From Lama glama (lineage: Eukaryota), in contig CM052818.1 of NCBI GenBank assembly GCA_028534125.1, positions 46,130,001 through 46,194,000 on the forward strand: a stretch of 64,000 nucleotides of DNA, read 5' to 3'. The first letter of the stretch is position 1. The number at the start of each line of letters is the position of its first letter. This document shows, piece after piece, positions 50,687 through 64,000 of the stretch. The position numbers and the translations under genes are program-made. The notes beneath the pieces were generated by a model, which ran no database searches, was not told the DNA's origin, and worked only from the letters and a program-made list of their open reading frames with translations.

Positions 50687-53004
50687 CTATTAAAACAAAA
50701 TAAAACAAAATAAACACAAAAAACAATCTGGAGAGAACAGAATCTTGTAAAATGCAATCAATTATTCAGGGACTCAATCATAATGATGACCATTACAGAG
50801 GCGAACTATGAAAAAACAACACACAAATTTAAACAAGAAAAATACAAAATGTTATATATCTCTATGACCAGGGCAGTAACAAGGCAACCGGGAGACGAAA
50901 GAAAAGAGTCGCAGGGGCAGATCTGGTGAGAAAGGCCAGGTTCAGTCACCTCCAAATGGTTCAGCAATCAAATAAACCTACTGGGTGAGGGGGCTTAAAA
51001 AAGCTCTCGGCAGCAACAGCGCGGTGGGAAGGACAGAAAGGGGCAGGGCCAGACATGCGTGGTCCCTCAGGCTGGCTGTCAACCCTGTACACAGAGGGAG
51101 CCCCCTTATACAAAGATGCGAGGCCACACCAGACCCAACACTAAAGGCAGTAACATCTCTGAATACAAAGCTCAGCAAAGACAGGCATGGATGAGCTCCT
51201 ACTGAGAGGGAACATTTTTTAAGAGAAGAGTACTGACAAAAACTACCACCACCACCAAAAACCCTTACAAACGTGAAATCCAGCACTCTTTAGTATAAGT
51301 TTTCTCACCTACAAATCAATGAACTCAAAGGGGACAAAGACCCTGTACTTCACACTTGTTTACTTCCCATGGTGAGGCAGACGGCAGCGAGGCAGCGGTA
51401 ACACGAGTTCTCAGAACTGCAATGGGAGCCGGCGCTGTCTCACATGGCTTCTTGGGTTATTTTCTCCTTAAATGCTGGTGACTAAATGAAAAGGAGTTTT
51501 GCTGCCAGGGGGCTGCGTTCAGGACAGTGATGTCCTAGGAGCTGATGAGGTGGGTATGCTTGTCCGCCTGGAGAACTGACTGAGCGCTTCTTTTGACTTC
51601 ACCCTCTGCTGCCAGCCTCCCTTTCTCTGTCTATTCAAGTGTGTGCTAGTTCCCAGCATGCTGAGTTATTACCACACACACAACTGGTCGGCCTGACAAT
51701 TCTAGAAAGTAAAGTGCACGGGGTTTTTCGATAATTCTCTGGGGGTCTGATTTTCTTTACCTATCCTTTTACTTTGCCTGTTTTACATGGCGGAGGATGG
51801 CTGTCATCAATCTGACTTCTCCCCCAAGTAAGGTTATTGCACTTGAGGAAAAAAGTAACTACAGCTAATGACGCTAAGTAACTAAAATAACAGAACACTC
51901 CAATGACAAACTATTTGGGGAAACGGATACTGACACTAGCTTCTCTACGCAAATATAAAGTTAAATATAAAATGACACATATATCTAAAGTGTGTTCTCA
52001 GCTCTAGAGCCAAAACATTTTATTTTTAATGCTGCATACAATATTTCTTGAGGATTTATAACGCACAATGGCCTAATAAAAACTCTGGAAAGTCCCGCTA
52101 TAAACATCTTGATTTTGTTTAGCTCAGCTTCTCCTAAACTGTGTGACTGTAAAACTTTCTTTTTCTCTCCACACTGCAGCCAGCGGAGTTTGTGAAATAC
52201 AGTTCTAGATTCCTAACTGAATGTATTTTAATACAGGTATAAGAGCCCTTCTATTAAACTGGTCCCTGGAAAGTTCTGCGAGCAGTAAGGTTCAGGAGTA
52301 AACACAACCATTTGCTTTTCTTTGACAACAAAAGCCTCACATCCTAACTTTTGCCACTTTGTTTTTTTCCTCAAATTCAACTGCAAGAAATGATATTCAT
52401 CAATTAGCTTTCTCATATCTGGCTCATTATGTCTTAAAAGAATCAGTAAAGTTGCTCATTGTCATGTTTGATATTTAAAACTTCAGATAGATACTTAAAA
52501 AGCTTCCTTTAGAGGGATCTTAAAAATTTTGACTTTTGATTAACAGGAGGTAAAAATGCAGACTACTTACAGCACCCCTCTAATATCCCAAGTCAGTTTT
52601 TTTCCCTTATTTCTTTTTTAAATTTGGAAAATATATCACCATCAAAAATGATTGATTCTTAAACAAGTGTTTATAAATTCCACAATATCCACAGACATTA
52701 TGTTTAGAGACAGGAACCTACCTTTAGATTCTTAGGGAGAATGCCGAGAGGTGGACAGTAAAAAACAGCAACAGACATTTGTTTATTCTCTGACATGAGA
52801 ATGAAAAGTAAGTAGGAATGTAGATTAAAAACTTCAAATTCAATATTAAGGTCTAATTTATTTGAAAATTTTCCATGTGAAGAAAATTAGTGGACCCAGA
52901 GGAAGCCTAAAAGCATAAGGCTGAAGTGCTTGTAAGTGTACTGAGTAGACGGAACTCATCAGTAAGCGCATGATCTTGATCTGATTAAGAGGTGGGTTTT
53001 CTTA

Positions 53005-53274
<270 letters not shown>

Positions 53275-54292
53275 TCAGATTAATAATGGCCCTTATCTGA
53301 ATTAGTTAATTCTATGAAATGGAGATATACTTGAAATTTTTAAACTTTACTACTTTTAAGGACCACCAGTCCATCCCAATCTGTTTGGCGTTAAAAGGTC
53401 CTAAAGTGGAATTATTTCAAGAGACAATAAAGAAATTTCTTTTCTAGTCCAGTTTTTGCCACTAACAAGATACACAACTTTGTGGAAGCCAGACTTTTTC
53501 TAGGCTTCTATGCGCACATGGGAAAGGGTGGGACCAGGTGACTTCTGGAGCCTCTACTAGCTTTAAATGCATGTGGTTCTTATACGAGACTATTGCTACT
53601 CCTACTGCCTCAGAAAACACCCAGAGTTTTCTTTAGATTTCTTAATATAAGACTATCAAAATAAGCTTTTGGTGGGGAAAGAAAGACTTCTTGTGTTTCT
53701 TAAAGTAATACCAGATAAAATATTTCAGAACCAAATGAAACTATGTTTTAGAGAGGTATTTACAATTATTGCATTAGCTACATACACACACACACACATA
53801 TACACATATATAATATCAGTCTTTCTAATTCACTTTCATAACCTGTATTTTACAAGAAAGATAGATCATTCTTCACCTACACTGCAGATGACTTCTTGCC
53901 TGGGCTAACAGAAGCCTGCCCAGCATCATGACCAGGCAAAGACGTGGTTACTGGAGGAAGGTAAGCATCAAACTGAATCCAGGAATTTAAACTGACAGTA
54001 GCGATAGAGTCTGGAGAGCAATAAAATGGGGCTGAGGATGAGGTGGTGATTCCAGAGAGAAAGAGCGATCCAGCTCTTACTCCACGGCTTTCAAATCTGG
54101 GAGAGTATCTGTAAACCACACACACCAGAAGGCGCCCGTGAACTGCTACACTGTGACCAGACCTGACATGCTATACAGCTAAGTAGGTGAGGGGTTTTCT
54201 CCACCAAGGAATCTGCTCATTAGGAGCCAATGATAACTACCTGTGAGGACTACCATGTAGAAAGAACTAAAAAACTAACCAAAGAGTACACA

Positions 54293-54740
54293 AAATACTC
54301 AACATTGCTGGTTATCAGGGAGATGAAAATCGAAACTACAGTGAGATCCCATGCTGCCCTTCTTAGCATGGTGATAAAAAGGAAACTAACCAGTTGACAA
54401 GAATGTGGAGAACTGGAACCCTTGTGCATTGCTGGTAGGAATATGAAACAGCACAGAATGCTATGGAAAACATTTGGTGATTCCTCCAGTTAAACACAGA
54501 ATTAGCCTATGATCCGGCAATTCCACTCCTAGGTATTTACTAGGTGTTCACCAAGAACTGAAAACAGGGACTCAAACAGATGCTTACGTGCCAAAATTCA
54601 TGGCAGCATTATCATATATTATAGCCAAAAGGTGGAAACAATCCAAGTGTCCATCAACAGATGAATAAACAAAATGTGGTCTATACACACAATGGAGTAT
54701 TATCCAGCCATAAAAAGGGATAAAGTTCTGATACTGCTAC
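54293..54740 (+). mobile_element. Old L1 (L1MB-like) fragment
   Basis: aagaatgtggagaactggaacccttgtgcattgctggtagg...tatgatccggcaattccactcctaggtat...caagtgtccatcaacagatgaataaacaaaatgtgg. Confidence 0.85.
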
Positions 54741-55439
54741 ATCCAGAAAGAGCACTTCTTTACTTCATCTGTTTTCTATAGACTCAATGTTCCATACGTG
54801 CTTCTCTAATTAAAGATACCTTTTTTTAAGCTAACTCTCTCCAGTCCCACCAAAATATAACTCTTACCTTAATAATAACATAAAGCTTAAAAATATAAAC
54901 AAACCAGATCAGTAAGGAGCGATGTAATGTATTTCATATCTATTTGCACTTTTAACTTTCACTACTATGTGACTTGCCTTTCTCCTCTCTCCACAGTATG
55001 CAGCATTTTCTACATGCCAGGCACTGAATTACATGCATTTAGATACATGTTCTCTCATTTGATCCTTACCATAACCTTATGGGTATTATTATCCCTGTTT
55101 ACAAATGAGGTAAGGAGAGGTTAAGTAACTTGCCCAGGGTTACACAGCAAGTAAGGGGTGGAGCAGAGATTCAAAACAGTCATATTGTAAAGACAGTGCT
55201 CTTAAATTATTGAGGAGGCAGCAAAGAAGGCTGGAGTTGGCAGATCTGAGTAAGAGAGTCCATGTAAAATGGAGAAAATTCAACTGCACAGCTTGCCTGA
55301 CTCAAAGGGGAGCATAAAGGTTAGGTCCAAGCGCAGGTGAAGGTACTGCTGCTACCGTAAGGGAAGGCGGTGTCTGATCTGAGAACCCGCTGCTGCAAGA
55401 CACCCTTTTCTCCTTTTTTAACGCTGAAAATCAAATTCA

Positions 55440-55598
<159 letters not shown>

Positions 55599-56546
55599 TT
55601 AAAAACAAAACAAAACCAATAAACTATCCAATCAGAAAAGGAAAGGTACATTTTCTACTTTTTTATGCAGCCATAAACTCTTTTGCTAATTTAGGAACTT
55701 GAGCACAAAAATCATTGTAATGCTAGTGATTTAGTACATATCAAATACTTATTTTCTTGATCAAGCAAACATTTAATCAGGAAGGTAAGCCAATTAACAC
55801 AAAAAAAATCAATGTATTTGGAGTCCTGTAAGTGAAAGTTATAACTCTTATGATGGGAAAGGTATACTTTTATTTCCAACTATCTGTTCTAAAAAGTCAC
55901 TTTCCAGATAGGATTTGTATAAAGGACTGATGTATTTGTATTCTGGAAACCTATTTTACATACATAGCAAATATTGTCTAAATGACTTACAGAATAAGAT
56001 AAAAGTAGGTAAAAGTGATCAAGGCATGGAATCATAATGTATTTAAAAAATTGAAGTTATTGGTAAGAAATAAGAGAATGTGATGCATGAATGTTGAGAA
56101 ATTCCCTCTAAAGTTTTGCACATCCGTGTCTACACCCCTCGGAGTTAATGTCACTCATTTTGTATCAACAGGAAGATGGGCAATCAACCCAAACACATTC
56201 CCCAGCTTTTCAGAACACGTATTAGTAAACTTCTTCTTTATCAGATGAGGGTTATCCACGTGTCTGTCTCAAACAGATTCCCTTCCATTTTTTCCTTTAC
56301 TGCCACCAGATGAGTGCTTCTCAAACTTTCACATCCCTGCCAGTCAGCTGGGGATCTCAGTGTCTGCATTAACTTCTCAGCTTTAAGAACATCTCTAACT
56401 GCCTATTTCCATCCTCATTTTTAAAAATCAAAACTTGTATTATTTAAAAAACTACAAACTTAAAGAACACGGAAAACCCAGGGAGGCTACCGCTGCCTCT
56501 GCAGTCTTGACTAGGAATAACACAATGGTCTAAGGCTCTGACTGAC

Positions 56547-56705
56547 CTTGGCGAGTGTGCCTTCCACACAGTACCCGGCTATAATGACGCCGTTCCTCTT
56601 ATCAGTACACCAGCTTTCAAAGAGCTCCCTGGATAAGCCACTTTGCATCATGCCTGGGGAGGCCATTACAACGCTGGGGCCAATGTCGTCAAAATGATCC
56701 ATGCT
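56547..56705 (-). CDS. CPSF3: CPSF3 exon 9 (beta-CASP)
   Basis: cccag|AGCATG...GCCAAG|gtcagt, 159 bp; [53 protein letters not shown]. Confidence 0.97.
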
Positions 56706-57660
56706 CTGGGAGGAAAAATGGAATGGTAAAAGCATGTTAAATTCCAGGGTTTGACAAAGCATTGGTAAAGAATACCAAAAAGTGAGGAAAAAAGATGAAC
56801 ACACGGGAAGGGACTTGACAAGACTAGCAAACATTTTAAGTCCAATTTCCAAAGTCCCTAAACAGGTTAGGCTGGGAATGAAAGGAAAACAAAATGAAAA
56901 AAAGCAGTTAGTTCACAATGACCTTCCAAACCTTCTACAGTGGATGAAGGGTCATTAAGACCATTTTCAGTGCTTAGCAGGCAGGCAGAAAGACTCAAAC
57001 GGGTTTCTATCCACCCAAGGTAAAATCCTGAAAGAATTTCCCCAAAGACTCACAATGACTTTGCATACTTCATTATATTTTCAGTTGGCCTGAAATCTAA
57101 TCAAAAAGTTCAACATTGTTTCTAGGGAAAACTCGGCTCTAACTCCTAACCAATTAACTTAAAAAATAATAATTTACTGACACAGCCTATTTACAACTGG
57201 AAGATCACTTATAACTTGAATTTTGGGGTATTACTTTATTAAGATTAGAGCATTAGTTTAAATGAAATTATTTGTTTAAATTAAAGAAAATCAGATTTTA
57301 TTGAATGCTCTAGGAAAGTAAACATGAAAATCTGCATATTAGAATCTGCAATGCTAATCAAAAAGATGATTAGGTTTGAGTAAGAACAGAAAAAATATGT
57401 AACACAAGATATTTTTCTCCTCAGGGCTTTTCATTTTTTAGCAGAGAAATCCAAGTTATTTCACAATGGTATATACTGAGAACATGCGGAGAGTTGGAAC
57501 AAGTGGCAAATTCGTTTAAGCCAAAAAGAATGCTAGTTGCTAAACCTTTGATTTCCCTCAGAAAAGTGATGCCTGCCCCGGAAAAGGTAAGACTTCAGCA
57601 GGAAGGATTCAGCCACAGGTCAAGGACAGGTGTCCCCTCCTGCTGCTCACTCATGTTTTA

Positions 57661-57888
<228 letters not shown>

Positions 57889-58999
57889 TTAACAAATATC
57901 ACTTTGTTGTGTGGGGCAAAGAGTTCAAATAATAAATGATACATATAATTAATTTTCTAAAACTCAGATATGAAATAAATTAAAGCACAGAACTATATTT
58001 TAAAGACATGAACTTATAAAACCAAAACTTATTTCTAAGCATTAATGCAGGACCTAAAAAGAATGTTGTGACCATAGTCCCAAATATGGATGCTTTTAAA
58101 AATGATTCAGTAGAAGTTTACACTGATTAATAGACTGTGATTTATTATCCTAGAGAGACACTAAATTCTGTGATGGTTTTAAATAAAAATGTTTTATTTA
58201 TACTTCAAATAGACATTGAAATAGACAGGACAGCCAAAGAAGTTAAAATTGATTTTGAACACAAAAAGGTCACATTACTCTGTGACTATATTTTTAGAAA
58301 ACTGCTAAACAGTTTCTGATAATTAATGAAAACAGTGAGCAACATACCTTCAAAAGAAGGCGTTTTTTATTGAAAATCCTCATTAAATACCCAAATATTA
58401 TGAAGGTAGTACGGCCAAAAGACATCACTTACTCTACTTGGTGCTCTTACATTTAGGAAATGTATTAAATGTCTAATATACAGTTTACATTTGTTATTCC
58501 TAATTTCAAACAAATTTATGACAACTGATTTCCATCTTATAGATTAGGAAACTGAGGCTAAAATAGGTTGAGACGTGTGGGAATGTTTTTTTTCTACTTG
58601 ATTTATAAGTGAAAACTCCATATAAGGACAGGGACTTTTCCTGTCATACATGACAAATGCATTTCCTACTTTGCCCTGTTAGCTGTTTGTGTTCTTTTAG
58701 ATGTAATTAAAATTCTTAATGGTGTCAAAGTTTTCACATACACCCTTACGATCTTTCAAATATCCTGCAAAGTACACTACATCCCAAGATCACATCACAG
58801 TCTCCTATTTTTTGCATTATTTTTATGAAAAAATTTAAATGTTAAAAAAGTTGAATAACTTGCCCAAGGTCATTTGGTTAGATCACAGGTGAGATCTGAA
58901 ACCAGGGGTTCGAATGGCTCTTCTCTTATTATACTCCATTACAAGGAGAATTTAAGGGAAAAGGAGCAACCAAGTGCATGGAGCAGTCCTGGTTCATAA

Positions 59000-59178
59000 A
59001 GGGTTGTCAGATTCAAAAAAGCAAATGCCCAGTTAAATGTGAACTTCAGGCAAATAAAAGATGTTTAATATAAGAATACATAGTAAATATTTGATATACT
59101 TAGGCTAAATATTATTACTTATCTGAAATTAAAATTTAACTGGTGTCTTGTATTTTTATTTGCTAACTCTGGCAACCC
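59000..59178. mobile_element. Palindromic hAT MITE, MER53-like
   Basis: Ends gggttgtcagat and ctctggcaaccc are inverted; inner arms ccagttaaatgtgaacttcaggcaa / ttatctgaaattaaaatttaactgg. Confidence 0.7.
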
Positions 59179-60203
59179 AACTGGATGGTGAGGACATAGT
59201 TTCGGCCTCTCAGTTCCTTCTGCTCCTCAGATTACTGTTATGGAGACTTTTCATTTTAAGACGTCTAAGGACAAACTTGACTTGTAGTTAGAAAGAAGAA
59301 CCAAGTCAAAACCAAGAGAAAACTAGACTGGTTTAGGATTTAGAAAATTTAGCTTCTACCAAGTCCTGTCTCTCTCTCAGAGATTTGCTTTTTTTAAAAA
59401 TTATTATTATTATTGTTAATTTTCGTTTTTATTTTCAGAGATTTGCTTTTGATCTGAGGTCATTTATTCGGCTTCCCCTAGTTCCCTTTCCAGTGTAACA
59501 GGGATGCTATTTACCCCTAGCATCATTCAGGCAGAACTGAGAAGTAAAAGCTTGAGATCATTTCTAGTTCTTCGCATTGACTCTATGTCCGTACAAACAC
59601 TTATCAGTTATTCTTTAAGAGGGGTGCGTTCCCCCCAAAAGAATCACAGAATGTTAAAAAGGATCATTAAATATATGCACAAATGATGCCTACTGTTCCT
59701 CTTATTACAAAAAGTTATACACGCTCACTGACATACTTGGAAAATCAAGACAAGCAGAAAATGAAAAAGAAATCATCCAATTTCTCACTATCCAGATTTA
59801 ATATCTGATATCTTTGAATATCTTTCTGGCCATTTGCTTATTTTTTTACCTAACTAGGTTCAGAGTCCATACTGTTTTGAATTCTACTTTTAGTCCACTT
59901 AATATATTATGTAAAAATATATAATAACTAATATGAAAACTGATTTTTTCCTATGATGTGGTATCTACTGACACAATTCTTTGAAAATACTAGAATTATG
60001 AATACCCTTACTAACAAAATTTTCTGTGTATTTCACTCCCCGAAAGGGAACTACTAGGTCAAAGGGCAGCATATTTTTAAACTTCTAATGCTGGTGGCAA
60101 CCAGAAAGGGGACACCATTTCTATTCCCAGTAGCACTGCATGAGACACCCTGTTGCTCTGGGCTCTTATTGGCACCAAATCCCTATTCTTAAACATAGAA
60201 ACT

Positions 60204-60305
60204 AAAAAAAAAAAAAAAAAGTATGACTGAAACATGATGCCGTGCACCAGAAATGGACACAACACTGTAAACTGACTATACTTCAACTTTAAAATAAAAA
60301 AAAAA
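60204..60305 (+). mobile_element. Short L1 3' end fragment
   Basis: gtatgactgaaacatgatgccgtgcaccagaaatggacacaacactgtaaactgactatacttcaactttaaaataaaaaaaaa; reverse-complement relative of 50351-50460. Confidence 0.8.
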
Positions 60306-60420
60306 GGCAGAAACTGAAGCCCAGAAGGGTAGAACGACCTATCCAAGGTCATGCAATTATCCCGATATAACAGCACTCCATGATTTTGAGAATCTCCCAG
60401 GTGAGAAGGAAAAGGCATAC

Positions 60421-60571
60421 CTAGAATCAAGAGAAGCTCCTGAGCCCTTCCAAGAGCAAAGACAGGAATGAGACCTCTGCCCCCTCTGTTTACAATATCG
60501 TGAACAGTGTTACAGAATCTGGCCTCTCGCTCTTCCCGCTTCTCGTGGATGTGGGTCCCATAGGTAGACTC
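60421..60571 (-). CDS. CPSF3: CPSF3 exon 7
   Basis: tgtag|GAGTCT...TTCTAG|gtatgc, 151 bp; [50 protein letters not shown]. Confidence 0.97.
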
Positions 60572-61781
60572 CTACACAACACATTAGAAGTGTGAGACAA
60601 AGGCTGGTCATTCCCAAAGTATACAAAAGTCAAACAGCAAGCAAAGTGCTTATTTCTCTATTAACATGCCATTTTCATGAACATATGTTGTTATAATACG
60701 AATTGGAAAGAAGGGCAAATAATAATGTTAGAATTCAGATCTGGCTAAATTAATAAACATTTTTTAGAAAATGGAATCAGAACATAGTCCAAAAATGTAT
60801 CTTCCCTGCTCAAGATAATTTTGCTATGCTTTTTTTTCTAAACCATTTTGATTTCCATGGGTGGGAAAAAGGCTATTTCTCCCACCTCGATAAGTCAAGG
60901 TTATAAATCAGAAACAGATATTGTTTCTTCTAGTTCTGTTTAAGAATATCCCCTCAGCCTTACTATGTGTGGCCCACTGACCAGCAGCAATGCCATCCCC
61001 AGGAGCTTATCAGAAGCACTGAATCTCAGGCCCCAGCCCAGCCATCATAAGAACCTTTATTTTTACAGTATCAGCAGATGACTCATAAGCACGTTACAGT
61101 TTGAGAAGTACTGCTCTAAAGTACCAGATATAATGAAAATAACTTTTTTTCTGGGGGTTAAAAAAGAAACTTCCTTTAAATTAAAGTTAGTTTCCATGCT
61201 GGATATACCATGAGCGGAGCCAAACTGAATTCACTTGCGACATGTTGCTAACGTACAGCAATGTGCACCAGCCCCTTGCGCTTGGGCAGCTGGGGGATGC
61301 TGTGGGTGGTGAGGGAGGAACAGATAGCTCTTCCAACTTTAACTAAACACCCATGATATTCTTATATATGCCACAGGCCCAATGCACATTTATTAATTTG
61401 CTCCTTACCAAGCCCTGCAAAGCTGCTGTGCAGTTAATATATTTTTTTTATTCTTCTGGGACCTGCAACCCAGTAGGCAGAAAGGACATACACATAAAGC
61501 TAGCAGGTGCTACAGGTTAAAAGACAGTCACAAGGAATGGCAAAGGCAGTGGGGCCACAGCATTCCTACACGATGGTTAAGATGTTCTATGAACTGGGGA
61601 AATCAACCTAAACAAAAATACCTTGGGGGTTGTATGTCATCCTTGATAGTAAACCAGAGTTAACACATTTTAATAAAAAGTTAATTTTTATTCTAAAAAG
61701 CCAAATACATTGTGATATCCAATCACATATTATGGAAATGAGATCACCCTATTTTTTTCCCATTAGAAAAAATCCTGCTTA

Positions 61782-61907
<126 letters not shown>

Positions 61908-63086
61908 CTATAAAAAAATAAAGCTGGAAAGTTAGGATTGTGGAAGGCTTCATTTGACTATTGAATATATTTAGCTCATAAATTCTCTAAAAAAATTTTT
62001 TTTCTTAGCTCATAAATTCTTGAAAGTGAGGTTTAATAGAAAAAGTGGCCTACAACTGAAGACATTTAGATGCAGTATTTGTGTCTAATTCAAAATGTGT
62101 AACTTAGTTCTGTCATAAACCATCCAGTGTTTCAATTATTCAATTCAACTAGTGGAAATAATATAGTCCCAGAATCATCCCACAAAGATAACCTCTATAT
62201 TAATAAACTTGAGAAGTATTTCAATATCTTAGAGAAAAAGGGCAGGAGAATGAGGAAAGAAATCTACTGACGTGTATGGGAAACCCACCTAGATAGAAGA
62301 TAAAACTACATCTACCATCAAATTTCATCAAATTTGAAATGGGAATTTAGAGCTGCATTTTTGCTATTTTCTGCTTATTTTTAGTGCCTCTAAGCAGACA
62401 GCAATAAATGGTTTCACAGTACACATTAATGTGTAAAAATTTCAAATAATGAGCAGCTACAAAAACTAAGAACAATATTACATGAGAACACTGGTTCCCA
62501 ACTCTGGCTGCACATAAGAATCACCTGGAAAACTTGAAAAAAAAAAGAAAAGGCCAAGGCCACACCCTCAGATCCAATGGTATTTTTAAAAAGCTCCTTG
62601 AGTGATTTAAGGTGCAGCCAGAGTTGAGAACTGGCACACCTGAGTCAGTCTTGAAACCTATCAGTCCACCTGTTTTCTCAAGTTTATCAAGACTCCCGTT
62701 TGCCTTTTTCATCAAGGATGGCTGCAAAGATCCTTTCTGATTAAGCTCTTTCACTCACGCAGTCCACCCTCTCGAGGGGCTTATATGTGAATCCCAGAAC
62801 ACCAAGAGGACGTGGATGCCAAATCACGTTTCAATGCTAAATGGATGCAGCCCCAAGGAAGGCTCTTCCCTAAAGAGCTTTCAGTTTTCTAAAGCACACT
62901 GAAAAGGAATTAATTCTACAGGAGTGTGAGGAGACTTTTTTGAGATGCTTACTTAACTGTTTTCTCAATCATGGTAGAAAAAGCATCACCGGGGTATAAA
63001 CCAGGATATTTATAAGGAAAAAAGTATCAACTTAATTTTATGTTTCAGTGTCTTGACGCTTCGCAAGTCTTAGGGGATATTCTTTA

Positions 63087-63341
<255 letters not shown>

Positions 63342-63774
63342 TTAAAGATGCCAACAACAAAAAAATTAAGGGTAAGATTTTTAACAAGTCTTTGAACTCA
63401 AAGAAATTGTCTGTGGATGACATGTCCATGAAGATATTTCCTAGAATTATATAGTATGGCTTATGCTGTTTAGAATCTCTTGGACATTTTGTGTATTTTT
63501 TAACTCTGCTATTATAATTAAAATGTTCAGTGTGTATAATTATACAGCATGATTTTAAGCAAAGTACACACAGTAAATTAAGGCAAAGTGTTCTTTAGGA
63601 TAGTATTTCTCAACCTTTTTTTCTGCCCTAACACTCCTGCAAGATAAACTCACTCACATACATTGGACCATGGCAGAGTTTCTCACACTGGGATGTGAAA
63701 AGATTTCTCACAAAGTCTAACATACGTTTTCTCCTAAAAATTATGTTAATATACTTCCAAAAAAGCAAGAGAGA

Positions 63775-64000
63775 GTAGGGGTTAAGGACACAGACACTGA
63801 AGCCAGATTGCTTGGGTTCAAAGCCCAGCTTTGTCTCTTACCCTGATCATCAGGGGCAAATAACCTAACCTCTCTGTGCCTCAGTTGCATAATCTCTGTA
63901 AAATGGGGTTCACGACAAGCCTACACCATGAGGTTGATATGAAGACGAAATGGGTTAACATATGTTAAGAACTGAGGACTGTGCCTGGCACATGGTTTAA
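63775..64000 (+). mobile_element. MIR SINE
   Basis: gttaaggacacagacactgaagccagattgcttgggttcaaagcccagct...aacctctctgtgcctcagtt...tctgtaaaatgggg; other MIR relics near 29290-29430, 32620-32800, 34800-35140 and 55010-55180. Confidence 0.8.

Overview
Mammalian genomic DNA, most likely camelid (alpaca/camel-type tRNA-Ala-derived SINEs), syntenic with the human ADAM17-IAH1-CPSF3 locus. It contains ADAM17 coding exons 5-19 plus 3'UTR (+ strand, CDS 996-23709), the complete six-exon IAH1 gene (- strand, CDS 37569-25412, 249 aa, CpG-island promoter) and CPSF3/CPSF73 coding exons 5-18 (- strand, 63333-40130). Exon numbers follow the human orthologues from memory. I placed all exon boundaries by hand: every intron is GT-AG, phases join in frame, and no disabling lesion was found. 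The rest is intronic or intergenic, with SINEs, L1/L2/MIR fragments, LTRs, hAT MITEs and one 100-N gap. I found no evidence of a new biological system. The best leads are regulatory hypotheses: a compact back-to-back ADAM17/IAH1 poly(A) cassette, a competing IAH1 exon-5 donor that would give an NMD-escaping catalytically dead isoform, a young LTR in sense orientation in IAH1 intron 2, an in-frame upstream ATG for IAH1, and a strong GC3 shift within ADAM17. Repeat family names are recognised by eye and repeat boundaries are approximate.
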